Source: an uncultured bacterium
GTDB taxonomy: Bacteria > Hydrothermota > UBA3073 > NMUJ01 > CBEVQO01
Direction of reading: 5' to 3'
Assembly (NCBI GenBank): GCA_965552055.1
Contig: CBEVQO010000003.1
Span: forward strand, 96,001-160,000
Length of the DNA: 64,000 nucleotides
Shown one piece after another: positions 10,295 to 20,308 of the stretch (position 1 is the first letter of the stretch; each line of letters opens with the position of its first letter). The notes beneath the pieces are model-generated. The model was not told the DNA's origin. It was given only the letters and a program-made list of their open reading frames with translations, and searched no databases. A program made the translations under genes and the position numbers.

Positions 10295-10616
10295 ACGAGC
10301 GAAGCGAGTGCATTACATATGGGTTGTGAGCCAACACCCCGAGCGGTGAGAGCGGAACAGCATTTTGAGAGCAGAGAGGGAGATTTTTAAGGGTAGTGGC
10401 AATAAAAGCGGGAGCTGGTTTTAGGTGCGATACTACATCATTATGGGGAGAGGTTATAGAGTGCGGTAGTGCAGTTTTTGATGTGATTGGGGTTTTGGTT
10501 GCGAACTTGCTTTATTACGGGTAGGGCATTTTAAAGAGCGGAAGTGCGGTCAAGGCTGTGCCTTGTGGTAGCGAGGGGTGTGCACGAGGGCGGTGGGGAC
10601 AGGGAGGTGGGGCTAA
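10295..10616. repeat. Dispersed ~320-bp element, copy 1
   Basis: Highly similar to the reverse complement of 29097-29420; shares both ends with 41937-42259. Confidence 0.9.
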
Positions 10617-10629
10617 TAATTATTATCGG

Positions 10630-10656
10630 TTGACATAAAAAAAATTTTGTTAAAAT
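10630..10656 (+). promoter_or_regulatory. Promoter TTGACA-N15-TAAAAT, GTG 5 nt downstream (hypF)
   Basis: Read directly; no SD. Confidence 0.7.
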
Positions 10657-10661
10657 AAAGC

Positions 10662-12887
10662 GTGGGATTTAAAATTTTGATAAAAGGAGTGGTGCAGGGA
10701 GTGGGTTTCCGTCCCTTTCTCTACAGAACAGCAACAAAATTTAATCTCAAAGGAATAATAAGAAATACTGCAAGAGGAGTTGAGATGTTAACAGATTGCG
10801 ATGAAAATACTTTGCAAAAATTGATAAAAGAAATAAAAGAAAAAGCACCGCCTTTATCGAACATAAAAGAAATAATTTATGAAGAGTGGGAAGGAAATCT
10901 GCCAGATGACTTACAAATCGTTGAGAGTGAAAATGAAGAATCGAAAAAAGTTTTAATACCGCCGGATATTGCACCATGTGATGAGTGTTTGAGAGAACTT
11001 TTTACTCTTACGGATAGAAGATATAGATACCCTTTTATAAACTGCACAAACTGTGGACCTCGCTTTTCCATAATAAAAGATATTCCCTATGATAGGGAAA
11101 AAACCACCATGAGCATTTTTATTATGTGTGATGAATGCAGGAAAGAGTATGAAGACCCCCTTAACCGTCGCTTTCACGCAGAACCAAACGCCTGTCCCAA
11201 ATGCGGACCCCAAATAACGCTTTATGACCCAAAAGGAAATTTGATAGAAAAGGGAGATAAAGCAATTAAACTTACACAAAAATTTATAAAAGAAGGCAAA
11301 ATAGGGATAATAAAAGGCATAAGCGGTATGCATATAGTTTGCGATGCAAGAAAAAAGGAAGCAGTTAGAAGAATAAGAGCGATAAAATTAAGAAAGACAA
11401 AACCATTTGCAGTTATGTGCAAAGATTTGGAAGAAGTTAAAAAAATTGCAAAAATTTCAAAGGAAGAAGAAAATATTTTGTTATCTCCACAGCGTCCGAT
11501 TGTGCTACTGAAAAAATCTCCAGATTATGACCTTGCAGAAGAAGTTGCTCCAAAAAATAGATATGTGGGTGTTATTTTGCCATATTCGCCTTTGCATTAC
11601 CTATTGATGGAAGATTTAGAATGCATAGTTGATACAAGTGCAAATATAACAGATGAACCCATTATTTATAAAAATGAAGAGGCATTTTCGAAGTTTAAGA
11701 ATAAAGTAGATTTTTTCCTTCTTCACAATAGAGAAATATTTATGAGATCTGATGATAGTGTGTTGCAGGTAGTGTCTGGCGAACCTCGTTTTATTCGTCG
11801 TGCAAGAGGATATTGTCCTTTGCCTTTTGAATTTGATGAGAAATTTCCACAAATATTGGCTGTGGGAGCTGAACTGAAAAATACATTTTGCCTTTCAAAA
11901 GAAAATCTTATTTTTATGAGTCAACATATAGGAGATTTGGCTGATTTTGAAACACTTTCTTTTTTTGAAGATGTTTTAAATCATTTTAAAAAGATTTTTG
12001 ACATCGAACCTCGAATTTGTGTTTGTGATATGCATCCAGATTACTTATCAACAAGGTGGGCACAGCAAAATTTCAAAAAAGTTTTGAAAGTTCAGCATCA
12101 TTATGCTCATATTTTGAGCTGTATTTTGGAAAATAATTTAAAGGGAAAAGTGATAGGTGTTGCTTTTGATGGTACCGGGTATGGTGCAGATGGCGCAGTT
12201 TGGGGTGGTGAATTTTTAATATGCGATGCAAAGAATTTTGAGCGTGTTTTTCATTTTGAATATGTGCCGATGCCCGGAGGTGAGAAAGCAGTAAAAGAAC
12301 CCCGTCGCATGGCTTTGAGTTATCTTTATCTTTCAGGATGTAAAGATTACATTCATAAAATATGGGATAAAAAGGAAGCAGAAGTTTTAATAAAGATGAT
12401 TGATAAAAAGATAAACTGTCCTTTAACTTCAAGTTGCGGAAGATTATTTGATGCTGTATCTTCAATTTTGAGAATTTGTGATTTTAATTCTTATGAGGGG
12501 GAAGCGGCTATAAATCTTGAAATGATTGCAGAAGGTAATCATCAAGTTTATTCATTTGAAATAGGAGACAAAAAAATAAGTTTTAAAAAGATGATAAGAG
12601 AAATAGTCAGAGATTTGAAAAGAGGAGCGCCTGCGAGCGAAATTTCTATGAAATTTCACAATACTATTTGTGAAGTGGTTAAAAAAGTTTGTTTAATTTT
12701 AAGGGAGAGATATGGAATAAATAAAGTGTGTTTATCTGGAGGTGTTTTTCAGAATAGAATATTATTTGAAAAATTGCTGGAAGATTTAAGGGAATTAAAA
12801 TTTGATGTGTATAGCAATTTTAAAGTTCCTGTTAATGATGCTGGTATATCGCTGGGTCAAATCTTGACATCGTTAGGATATGATTAA
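10662..12887 (+). CDS. hypF: Carbamoyltransferase HypF
   Basis: GVVQGVGFRPF, two zinc fingers (YPFINCTNCGPR, RRFHAEPNACPKCGP), QHHYAH, DGTGYG, TSSCGRLFDA, PVNDAGISLGQ. Confidence 0.97.
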   Translation: MGFKILIKGVVQGVGFRPFLYRTATKFNLKGIIRNTARGVEMLTDCDENTLQKLIKEIKEKAPPLSNIKEIIYEEWEGNLPDDLQIVESENEESKKVLIPPDIAPCDECLRELFTLTDRRYRYPFINCTNCGPRFSIIKDIPYDREKTTMSIFIMCDECRKEYEDPLNRRFHAEPNACPKCGPQITLYDPKGNLIEKGDKAIKLTQKFIKEGKIGIIKGISGMHIVCDARKKEAVRRIRAIKLRKTKPFAVMCKDLEEVKKIAKISKEEENILLSPQRPIVLLKKSPDYDLAEEVAPKNRYVGVILPYSPLHYLLMEDLECIVDTSANITDEPIIYKNEEAFSKFKNKVDFFLLHNREIFMRSDDSVLQVVSGEPRFIRRARGYCPLPFEFDEKFPQILAVGAELKNTFCLSKENLIFMSQHIGDLADFETLSFFEDVLNHFKKIFDIEPRICVCDMHPDYLSTRWAQQNFKKVLKVQHHYAHILSCILENNLKGKVIGVAFDGTGYGADGAVWGGEFLICDAKNFERVFHFEYVPMPGGEKAVKEPRRMALSYLYLSGCKDYIHKIWDKKEAEVLIKMIDKKINCPLTSSCGRLFDAVSSILRICDFNSYEGEAAINLEMIAEGNHQVYSFEIGDKKISFKKMIREIVRDLKRGAPASEISMKFHNTICEVVKKVCLILRERYGINKVCLSGGVFQNRILFEKLLEDLRELKFDVYSNFKVPVNDAGISLGQILTSLGYD

Positions 12888-12890
12888 AAT
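12864..12890 (+). promoter_or_regulatory. Promoter TTGACA-N15-TAAAAT overlapping the hypF 3' end, ATG 5 nt downstream
   Basis: Read directly. Confidence 0.65.
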
Positions 12891-12895
12891 GATTG

Positions 12896-13900
12896 ATGAC
12901 TTTAAGGCAAAAAATAATAGTTGCAATAGGGTGCATTATAGGGCTCATAACGCTTGGCACAATTGGTTATATGAAAATCGAGGGCTGGAATTTTCTGGAT
13001 TCACTTTATATGGTTGTCATTACGCTTACTTCTGTCGGTTTTTCAGAGGTTAAACCTCTTTCCACTGCTGGTAGAATTTTTACAATTGCTTTAATATTGA
13101 CAGGGCTTGGCACTCTTATGTATGCTGTTTCCACAATTGTTGCTTTATTACTTGAAGGTGAATTCATTGAATTACTTTATGAAAGGAGGGTTAAAAGGAT
13201 GATAGAAAAATTACAGGGACATTATATTGTGTGTGGATACAGTGATGTTGCCAAGTATGTTGTTGAGGAGTTGCAGCGCGCAGGTGCTGACTTTGTGATA
13301 ATAGTTCGTGGCGAAGAAAGGTATGAACTGTTGAAGCAAAGGCGGTTGCTGGTGATAAGAGGTATTCCTTTTGAAGAAGAAGTTCTTATTTCTGCTGGTA
13401 TTACCCGTGCAAGAGGATTATTCAGTTTGATGCATACAGACCAGGATAACCTTATTGTTGTGATAACGGCAAGGAGTTTGAACCCCTCTCTGCGCATAGT
13501 TACCTGTGCTTTTAGTGATGAAAGTGTGTCAAAGTTAGAGAAAGCAGGAGCTGATTCTGTTATATCTGTTAATGCGTTGAGTGGAGCAAGGATTGCAGCA
13601 GAGATGATGAGACCCGCTGTAGTAAGTTTTCTCGATTCTTTGCTTATCGAGAAGGAAAAGCATTTGAGGATAGAAGAAGTTGAAATTATGGAGGGAAGCA
13701 GGCTTATAGGTCAAACATTGCGTGAAGCACGCATACCGCAGAAAACAGGCCTAATTGTGATAGCAATAAAAGATGCGGAAGGCAGATTTAAATACAATCC
13801 AGGACCGGATGTAAAACTAAACCTTGGCGACAAAATAATAGTAATAGGAGACATCGAAAGAGTAAGAAAGTTAAAAGAAATAGCCCATTCGGAAGTTTGA
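12896..13900 (+). CDS. Two-TM potassium channel with TrkA-N/TrkA-C (RCK) domains
   Basis: DSLYMVVITLTSVGF pore region, HYIVCGY, C-terminal RCK-C (YNPGPD). Confidence 0.9.
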   Translation: MTLRQKIIVAIGCIIGLITLGTIGYMKIEGWNFLDSLYMVVITLTSVGFSEVKPLSTAGRIFTIALILTGLGTLMYAVSTIVALLLEGEFIELLYERRVKRMIEKLQGHYIVCGYSDVAKYVVEELQRAGADFVIIVRGEERYELLKQRRLLVIRGIPFEEEVLISAGITRARGLFSLMHTDQDNLIVVITARSLNPSLRIVTCAFSDESVSKLEKAGADSVISVNALSGARIAAEMMRPAVVSFLDSLLIEKEKHLRIEEVEIMEGSRLIGQTLREARIPQKTGLIVIAIKDAEGRFKYNPGPDVKLNLGDKIIVIGDIERVRKLKEIAHSEV

Positions 13901-13904
13901 TTTA

Positions 13905-16900
13905 TTATTGTAGAACTCTATTTAAGGCTGTTTCAATGTTATCAATCCAATAATTTTCATATGATATTTTGGGAATTTTATTTATATCTGGGGTATAATA
14001 AAATAAGAATATTTTGACTTTGTAATTGGCTTTTTCATAAGGAAATTCTTTATTTTCTAAAATTTCTTTGTATCCTTCTATCTTTCGATCAGGGTCTCTA
14101 TATTCGATTCCTTTAGGATCAATAAACATAATGTAATATTTATTTAAATCTCGAGGTTTTAACCAGAATATAAAATCAGGTTTAAATTTTGATATTCTAT
14201 TTTCTCTGGAGTTGTAATAAGGGATGTAAACTTCGTCAAGATGTTCATCAATTTTTGAAAACACCCACCATTCAAACTTCTTAAATTTGTTATTATCTTT
14301 ATTTAAATACTCCTCAAGATGCTCTAAGAATTTTACTTCGCTCTTTGTTTTTATTATATGAGTGATATATTTAATTTTTTCTTCTACTGTCATTACAAGA
14401 GGTAAATAATAATGATTTGCAATATGTTTTATTTTAATTTTTTTGTTTCGTACTTCAAAAATTTCTTCTTTCTTCAGTTGTTGAGCTTTCCTCATATACT
14501 CTTCAGGAGGTATTTTGCCGTATTGTAATTCCAGTTCTCTTAATAATTCTGGATATTTCTTTACATTTTCAATTTTTTTCGTTAGTTCATCAATCTTATT
14601 TATTTCATCTATATAAACTTTTATATTTTTAAAATGCCTGATTTCATCTTCGAGTTCTTTCAATTCGTTAAATTCTTCGGGCATAATGTTGAAATAATCA
14701 AATATTCTTTGAATGATTAAATCTACATTTTTAAAACTTTTATCAGGTTCAATTCTGTAATATTTATCCTTATCCACAACACTCTGTCTTAAAATTTTTA
14801 TCTTTTCAGGTTCAGTATTATAGCGTACAAGTAGAATCCTGTCGTCATTTATAAAATTTAAAAATTTCTCAAGCATTTCGAAATCCTCTTTCGAGATCTA
14901 GAATTTGGTAAGTTCTCTTTTTCTTATAAGGGGATAATTTACTTCCTTGTATTTCGGAATTAAAAGTTTTTTGTTCTTAGCATTATTAGTAATGGTAAAC
15001 AGATTGCCTATTATCTTTTCGCCTTCTCTTTTGGCTTGAATTTTTAATTCTTTTATAACTTCTTTTATTGCATTTCTGTTTGTTCCAAATATAAATAATG
15101 TCTCAACAGGTAAAACGAAATTTTTAATTTTTTCGTACAATTCCTCGTCTATTTCTTTGTTATTATAAAGAAATTTTATTCTTTTTCTTTTGTCTTTTAC
15201 GGGTTCAATTCTTACACCCCTTCCTACAGACTGCAAAATGAATTTTTTAGCATCGGTTCCTGTTCCTATATTTATAAACATTATCACATTTGGTCTATTG
15301 GAATCCCAGCCCTCGTAAAAGCTTCGAGAACCCATTAAAATGTTAATATCCGAATCATCCCGATTTAAAGTTTCAAAATATCCTTCGTCATCAAATCTTT
15401 CATTTATTTCATATCCTGAGAATTCTTCTTTAAGCCATTTTGATATATCACCTATTTTTATCAATGCAAAAGGTTTATCAGATGTTTTTAATTTAAAAGC
15501 CATTTCTTTTTTATCTGAGGGTCTTATCAAAATTTCTATCCCTCCGGGTGAGGTTGAATTAAAAACATATTTTAAAATGTCTTCAAATTTTATATTTACA
15601 AACATATCCTTATCGATTCTTAAATTTTCTTCTTCGAACATAAATTTTGGCTCTTTTTTTAATTCTTCCCAAAGTTCGTCTATTGCGGAATTTAAGATTC
15701 TTTCATCAACTTCTCCTTTTCCTATTCTTTCTATTTCCCTGAAAAATAATTTCAAATCTGCATCCTCTGTGTTTACAGAATTTACAAGAGTTATGAGCAG
15801 GGGTTTATGATAAAGTTTTGAATCACATTGTGATAATCTTTCATAAAATTTCTTTGCATAAGTTAAAAGTATTAAGGATTTTAGAACTATTTTCTGTTTT
15901 TCTTCGGTGTTATAATCCTCATATTCTTCTCCTTTATCTCTGAAAGCCCTTACTTCCTGTTCGAGAACAAGAATATGCTTTCCGTGTCCTTCCTTTACAT
16001 AAGATGAGAGGTTGAACTCAAATGCCGTGGTTATTACATCTCTCGGGTCTGTAAATGTAGCTGAGAAATTAAATAAAAACCCATTCCTCGAAAGTATTGA
16101 GTAAATATGTTGTCTTTTTGATTCTTCTTTATCTCCTTTATGTGCCTCATCGAGAAAGATATACCATTTCCCATCATTGTCATAATTTTTGAAATCAATT
16201 ATTTTCTCTTTTTGCTCATCACTTAAATTATCAGAGCGATAATAAAAGACTGTTATCTCTTTTTCTCTAAAAAGCGAGGGATTTTCCCTTTTAACCGAGT
16301 CATACTCTTTTAACTCTCTTAACTTTATAAGAATATCGTGACTATTTGCATAATTGAATTCATTTATATGTCTTTTCAATTGTTCTATTAAGTCATCTCT
16401 ATGAGTTAGCACAAGGATATCATTGGGTGGGATTTCTTCCCTTTTAATTAAATCCCTTAGAATCTGAATCAGTTTAACAATCACGAGTGTTTTACCCGAA
16501 CCCGTAGCCATCCAGAAGCACATTCTGTTTATAAAATTTTCATAAGAAATTCTGAATTTTCTTTTTCTGTTTCTTCCATAATAAAGCTCTTCCACAGGAT
16601 AATAATTTTCGAGTAATTTTAAAAGTTTAGAATCTTCATCAAATTCAAGGTCAATTTTTAAATCAAGTCCGTTGTTTTTATACCATTCGTAAAATTTTCT
16701 TTTCCGTTCATTATTTATTCTGGGATTTTCAAATTTTTGATAATCAACAAAATCTTCATAGTATTTCCATAAAACCTTGATAGCATTTCTCAAAGCATTT
16801 TCTTGATAATCCCATAAAGTTTTTGTCTTTGAAAAGGTTTTAAAATTAAAAGAAATCCACTCTGAAGGAAGATTATCAAACCTTAAATTTTTAATCATCT

Positions 16901-16940
16901 CTTGGAGATAGATTCGTATTTTATCTGTTTTTTGACTCAT
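13905..16940 (-). pseudogene. res: Type III restriction endonuclease Res, interrupted by one in-frame TAG at 14898-14900
   Basis: ORFs 14898-16940 and 13905-14876 are in frame (..ELTKF*ISKEDFEMLEKF..). MATGSGKT, DEAH, EGWD, QSVGRGVR, C-terminal FKPDF...DPKG nuclease motif. Confidence 0.85.
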
Positions 16941-16987
16941 TTATCCGCCTTTCATCTAGTGCTAATTTTCTTAGATTTTCATGTTTG

Positions 16988-17040
16988 TGTCCGATAAATG
17001 TCCGAAATATGTCTGATATGTCCGATAAATGTCTGTTATA
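16988..17040. repeat. Five tandem ~11-bp TGTCYGA-type repeats
   Basis: TGTCCGATAAA TGTCCGAAATA TGTCTGATA TGTCCGATAAA TGTCTGTTATA. Confidence 0.8.
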
Positions 17041-17452
17041 ACAACTCATATTTCGTACCCTTCTTTTTACCAATTTTTTTCAAAAGACTTCTGTTTACAA
17101 GTTCTTGTAAGTCTCTATATAAGGTCTTTTCCGAAACATCAGGTATCATATCTTTAAAAGCAGATAAACTTGCACTTTTATGTTCTTTTATATAGTTAAT
17201 TATCTTCATCTGTCTCTCATTCAATCCCATTTTTTTCAGATTTTCCTCGGTATAGATATCTTTATAAAATACAACTTTCATCACTCCGTATTCTTCAATA
17301 AAATCGGGCTCCGGCAATCCCTGTTTTTTGCAATTTTCAATAATTTTTAATGTTCCCCGTCCCCATGCCTCGATGAATCCTGCGTAATAGAAAACTCTCG
17401 CAAGAAGTTCATTTCTGGGTTTTGATAAATGTTCTTTTTTATTTCTTTTCAT
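17036..17452 (-). pseudogene. C-terminal fragment of a RecG-C/HATPase_c_4 plus winged-HTH regulator
   Basis: SKPRNELLARVF...IEAWGRG; LNERQ...RDLQELV...GTKY; N-terminal domains absent. Confidence 0.65.
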
Positions 17453-17997
17453 TTTGTTTTATATCTAACTAACTGTTGTGATAAATCTTTTTTAACTATT
17501 CTGCGTAAAATTTCATCAATCGCTAAAACAGTTTCTTCGCTTATTTCAACAAATTTCCTGTATTCTCTTTCAGAGGCTTGTTCCATAATTTTGTGAATGT
17601 TTCCGAAATACCGATCAGGTTTTAGCCATGAGGCAGGGTGAACAAGATTTCGGGTCATTTGCACCCATTTTACCCAATTTCTAAACTCTCCTATGTTTTC
17701 AATTTGTTCTTTTAAAGGAAGCCATTTAAGTTCCTCGGCAATTTCTATGAGATCTTTTAGAGTAAATTCAAGAAAAATTCCTCTTTTTCTTTTAGTTTTT
17801 CGTTTCTTACTCTTATAAGTGTTAGTATTTCTTACTTTTTCGGGATAAGCAAAGCACATGGCTAAAAGTAATGCTTCTAAACTGGCTCCATATAAAATTA
17901 AAGATGCAATGTAACATTTGTTTTCATAACATTTTTGTGCCTCCTCAAAAAATTTTTGAGCCACATTCATAATTTTTTCTACGTCATAACCATTCAT
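17449..17997 (-). CDS. HEPN-like protein
   Basis: YIASLILYGASLEALL...TLKDLIEIA...RNLVHP (R-N-x2-H-P, HEPN-like), all-helical. Confidence 0.65.
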   Translation of the reverse strand: MNGYDVEKIMNVAQKFFEEAQKCYENKCYIASLILYGASLEALLLAMCFAYPEKVRNTNTYKSKKRKTKRKRGIFLEFTLKDLIEIAEELKWLPLKEQIENIGEFRNWVKWVQMTRNLVHPASWLKPDRYFGNIHKIMEQASEREYRKFVEISEETVLAIDEILRRIVKKDLSQQLVRYKTK

Positions 17998-20305
17998 AAA
18001 TCATTTTCAGAGTTGATTTGACATAATTTTCCAGTTCGTTTCGAGCATAGTCCGTTCTATAAGAAGCTGTAATACAACTATGATGCGAGTATTTTGAAAA
18101 ATCACATAAGTTGCTAAGTTCGTTTATAACCTCATCTTTATTACTATGTTTAAATTTTAACGAAGGATTATCTTTTATTTTCCTTAGTTTATTTACCATA
18201 CTTCCTAACCAACAATCTTCACCTAAATCTTTAAAAAATTGAAAATAATTAAATTTGAGTTTATCTTCTAAACAAATCCTAATTAGTCTTCTTATTTCGT
18301 CTAACGGTATTTCTTCCCCATTCAGGAAAGATTCTAATTTTGCAAGATTTTTAAAATATGGAAGTTTTTTATCCTCTTCAATATTCCATTTAATTATTTT
18401 TCCATTCTTAATTTGTAGACATTGCGGAGCAATCCCTATATCACGCAAAGTATCATATAATTCAAAAGCAAAAGTATTAAAATGAGTAAAAATGATCACT
18501 TGTTTTGCCTTTTTTGCCAAATCTCTTATAATTTCAATTGTTCGTCTTTTTCTATTAATATCAAAACTTGAAATAGGGTCATCAAATATGATGATTTTAT
18601 TTTGAAGGTCTCCATCTATATAGAGTTTTGCTATAAAAAACGATAGTGCAAGTCCATTTCTATCTCCTGCACTTAGAGCAAATTTAGTATGAGAGAGTGG
18701 ATTTATTTCTGCTCCTTCATATTCTAAGAAATATTCGAAATAAGGTTCTTTCCCTTTTCCTCTATATCTTGAAATTTGCTTGATAATTTTGAATGGGATG
18801 CCAAATTTTTCAAGAATTATGTTTGTTTTTTTACCGTATTTTTGTATTTTTTCAGAGACAGCAAATTTCAATTTTTCTTGATTCTCTCGGATTGTTTTTT
18901 TTATCTTATTTATTTCATTTTTAACATTTTTATATTCTTCACATAATCGCATAATTTCGGGAGAGAATCTTCGCTTTTTAATTTTAAGTTTTTCAAGTTC
19001 TTTCTCTAATTTCTCAATATCTGGTTGTTTTTCTTTTAATTCTGAGATTTGTGTATTTAAATTTTTGACTTTAAAATTATAATCTTCAATTGCTGTATTA
19101 AACTTTGAAACAATTTGTTGTAATTTATCTATATAATCTGTCTCTATAGGTGACAAGATTTTTTTGGATTTGTTTTCTAATGCTAATTTAACTTTTCGAA
19201 AATATTCATTTATTTTCGAGGAATATTCTTCAAACTTTTTTATCTCAAATATTTCTATATTCTTTATAAATCTTTTCCAAAACTCAAGCAATCCATTATT
19301 TCTTAAAATGATATTTTTAGCGTCATTTAATATGCGTTCAATATTAAATTTCTCAATTTTATACAAATATTGCTTAACCTCTTCGTCAATTTTCCTATAT
19401 TCTTGGTTAAAATATTGCTGATATGATTTAATCATAATTTCCGCTTTTGTAAGGTCTTGCTGACAAAAAGGACATTTGTTATCCTTTACGTGTTCTACTA
19501 CTAATAATCCTTGATGTATCCACTCTTCAGCTTTTTCTCCTATGGCATTAACAAGTTTATTTATATGTTGTTTTGTTTTTTGCAATGCGTCTTCTGAAAT
19601 TGTAGTTAATGATTTTTTTAAAATTGTTTTTAGAATATTTAAATCAAAAGGTAAAGAGAATTTAGGAATTTCTTTTAAATTTTCTTTCTGTCTAATCTCA
19701 GAAAATTCTTTTGCTATGTTAATTTTATGTTCTTTTTCTTGAATTTTTTCATCTATCTCCGGATCTTCAGTCAAATTAATATAAGTTTCTACATCAAAGT
19801 TGTTTTTTATTAATATTTCTATTTGGTTCTCTAACTTTTCTAATTTAGGGTATTTTTCTGATTGCAATTCTTCTTTTATTTTTTCAATTTCTTTCGCTAA
19901 TTCCACGCCTTCTTCGCCCATAACAAATCCATATAAACGTTTTTGATGTTCTGGAAATATTTCCATTCCTGTGTATACATTTTCATTTACAAAAAATTCA
20001 TCAAAAATTTCTATGTTTTTTAATTCATTTTTCCAATTACTCCAGTTACCAGTTTGAAATCTAAATACTTCATTATTGCTAAATAATAATTCAATATACG
20101 GTTCATCGTTGGCTCCAAAAGTTTTTTTCTTTAAAATCAAATCTGGATTATTAAGATGTAAAGAACGCACTATAGATACTAAAGTACTTTTTCCTACACT
20201 GTTTTCTCCATAAATTATATTAACTTTATGTAAACTAATGTCTCCTGAGGCGGAAAAATTTCTGAATTTTCCTACATTTCTGATTTTAATAAACTTTTTA
20301 ATCAT
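17984..20305 (-). CDS. AAA_13/RloC-like ABC ATPase with zinc hook
   Basis: GENSVGKS Walker A, coiled coil with CPFC, LSAGD signature, DDPISSFD Walker B, FTH switch, C-terminal helical domain with SKYSHH. Confidence 0.8.
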   Translation of the reverse strand: MIKKFIKIRNVGKFRNFSASGDISLHKVNIIYGENSVGKSTLVSIVRSLHLNNPDLILKKKTFGANDEPYIELLFSNNEVFRFQTGNWSNWKNELKNIEIFDEFFVNENVYTGMEIFPEHQKRLYGFVMGEEGVELAKEIEKIKEELQSEKYPKLEKLENQIEILIKNNFDVETYINLTEDPEIDEKIQEKEHKINIAKEFSEIRQKENLKEIPKFSLPFDLNILKTILKKSLTTISEDALQKTKQHINKLVNAIGEKAEEWIHQGLLVVEHVKDNKCPFCQQDLTKAEIMIKSYQQYFNQEYRKIDEEVKQYLYKIEKFNIERILNDAKNIILRNNGLLEFWKRFIKNIEIFEIKKFEEYSSKINEYFRKVKLALENKSKKILSPIETDYIDKLQQIVSKFNTAIEDYNFKVKNLNTQISELKEKQPDIEKLEKELEKLKIKKRRFSPEIMRLCEEYKNVKNEINKIKKTIRENQEKLKFAVSEKIQKYGKKTNIILEKFGIPFKIIKQISRYRGKGKEPYFEYFLEYEGAEINPLSHTKFALSAGDRNGLALSFFIAKLYIDGDLQNKIIIFDDPISSFDINRKRRTIEIIRDLAKKAKQVIIFTHFNTFAFELYDTLRDIGIAPQCLQIKNGKIIKWNIEEDKKLPYFKNLAKLESFLNGEEIPLDEIRRLIRICLEDKLKFNYFQFFKDLGEDCWLGSMVNKLRKIKDNPSLKFKHSNKDEVINELSNLCDFSKYSHHSCITASYRTDYARNELENYVKSTLKMIYEWL

Positions 20306-20308
20306 ATT

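Noticed and set aside
14898..14900. Genome-wide TAG recoding or pyrrolysine
   Set aside because: TAG ends other genes normally (purL, doc, aminotransferase), and no pyl genes are in view
16988..17040. Mini-CRISPR
   Set aside because: Units are only 9-11 bp with no spacers
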